A DNA stretch of 64,000 bases, taken from positions 3,891 through 67,890 of the forward strand of contig QQSK01000009.1 of the NCBI GenBank assembly GCA_003602415.1, written 5' to 3'. Below are positions 64,000 to 64,000 of this stretch, piece by piece. Every line of letters starts with the position of its first letter. Position 1 is the stretch's first letter. Below the pieces are notes generated by a model. It was given only the letters and a program-made list of their open reading frames with translations, had not been told where the DNA came from and made no database searches. This DNA comes from Candidatus Poseidoniales archaeon (GTDB lineage: Archaea; Thermoplasmatota; Poseidoniia; Poseidoniales; Poseidoniaceae). A program made the position numbers and the translations under genes.

Positions 64000-64000
64000 C

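Noticed and set aside
1-64000. tRNA, rRNA, IS/transposase, integrase or prophage genes
   Set aside because: No intergenic gap contains a cloverleaf with a T-loop GTTCRA pattern that I could see, and no ORF has transposase, recombinase or viral motifs. A tRNAscan-SE/Infernal run would confirm this.

Overview
Gene-dense, ungapped 64-kb window of an archaeal chromosome, most likely Marine Group II (Ca. Poseidoniales). This is inferred from archaeal-type genes (Gar1, FAD synthase RibL, archaeal lumazine synthase, GHMP-type shikimate kinase, dehydroquinate synthase II) mixed with bacterial-type genes (AcnA, GpsA, PlsC-like acyltransferase, Orn) and large C-terminally anchored surface proteins. About 52 CDSs are supported. 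I found no tRNA, rRNA, CRISPR array or mobile element. The best finding is at 19402-23525. The substrate-binding lipoprotein that a pipeline would probably call PhnD is a two-lobed transferrin-family protein. Both lobes carry the Fe(III) ligand set (Asp/Glu, Tyr, Tyr, His), the SCHTGxx[K]SAG anion-binding motif and the conserved Cys pair. It precedes a PhnC/PhnE-type ABC ATPase and permease and lies downstream of two tandem TTAGG-N4-CCTAA-like boxes resembling DtxR-family operators. This points to a metal-regulated, transferrin-based ABC iron-uptake system in an archaeon. Other highlights are a Gar1 core fused to RG/RD repeats and three FUS/ZRANB2-like zinc fingers; an hcrCAB-like 4-hydroxybenzoyl-CoA reductase-type molybdoenzyme with MocA and XdhC nearby; a 2176-aa integrin-alpha-like surface protein; a ~22-bp hairpin filling the intergenic region before ahcY; and bacterial-type G3P lipid genes. 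All alignments were made by eye against remembered reference sequences and need computational confirmation.
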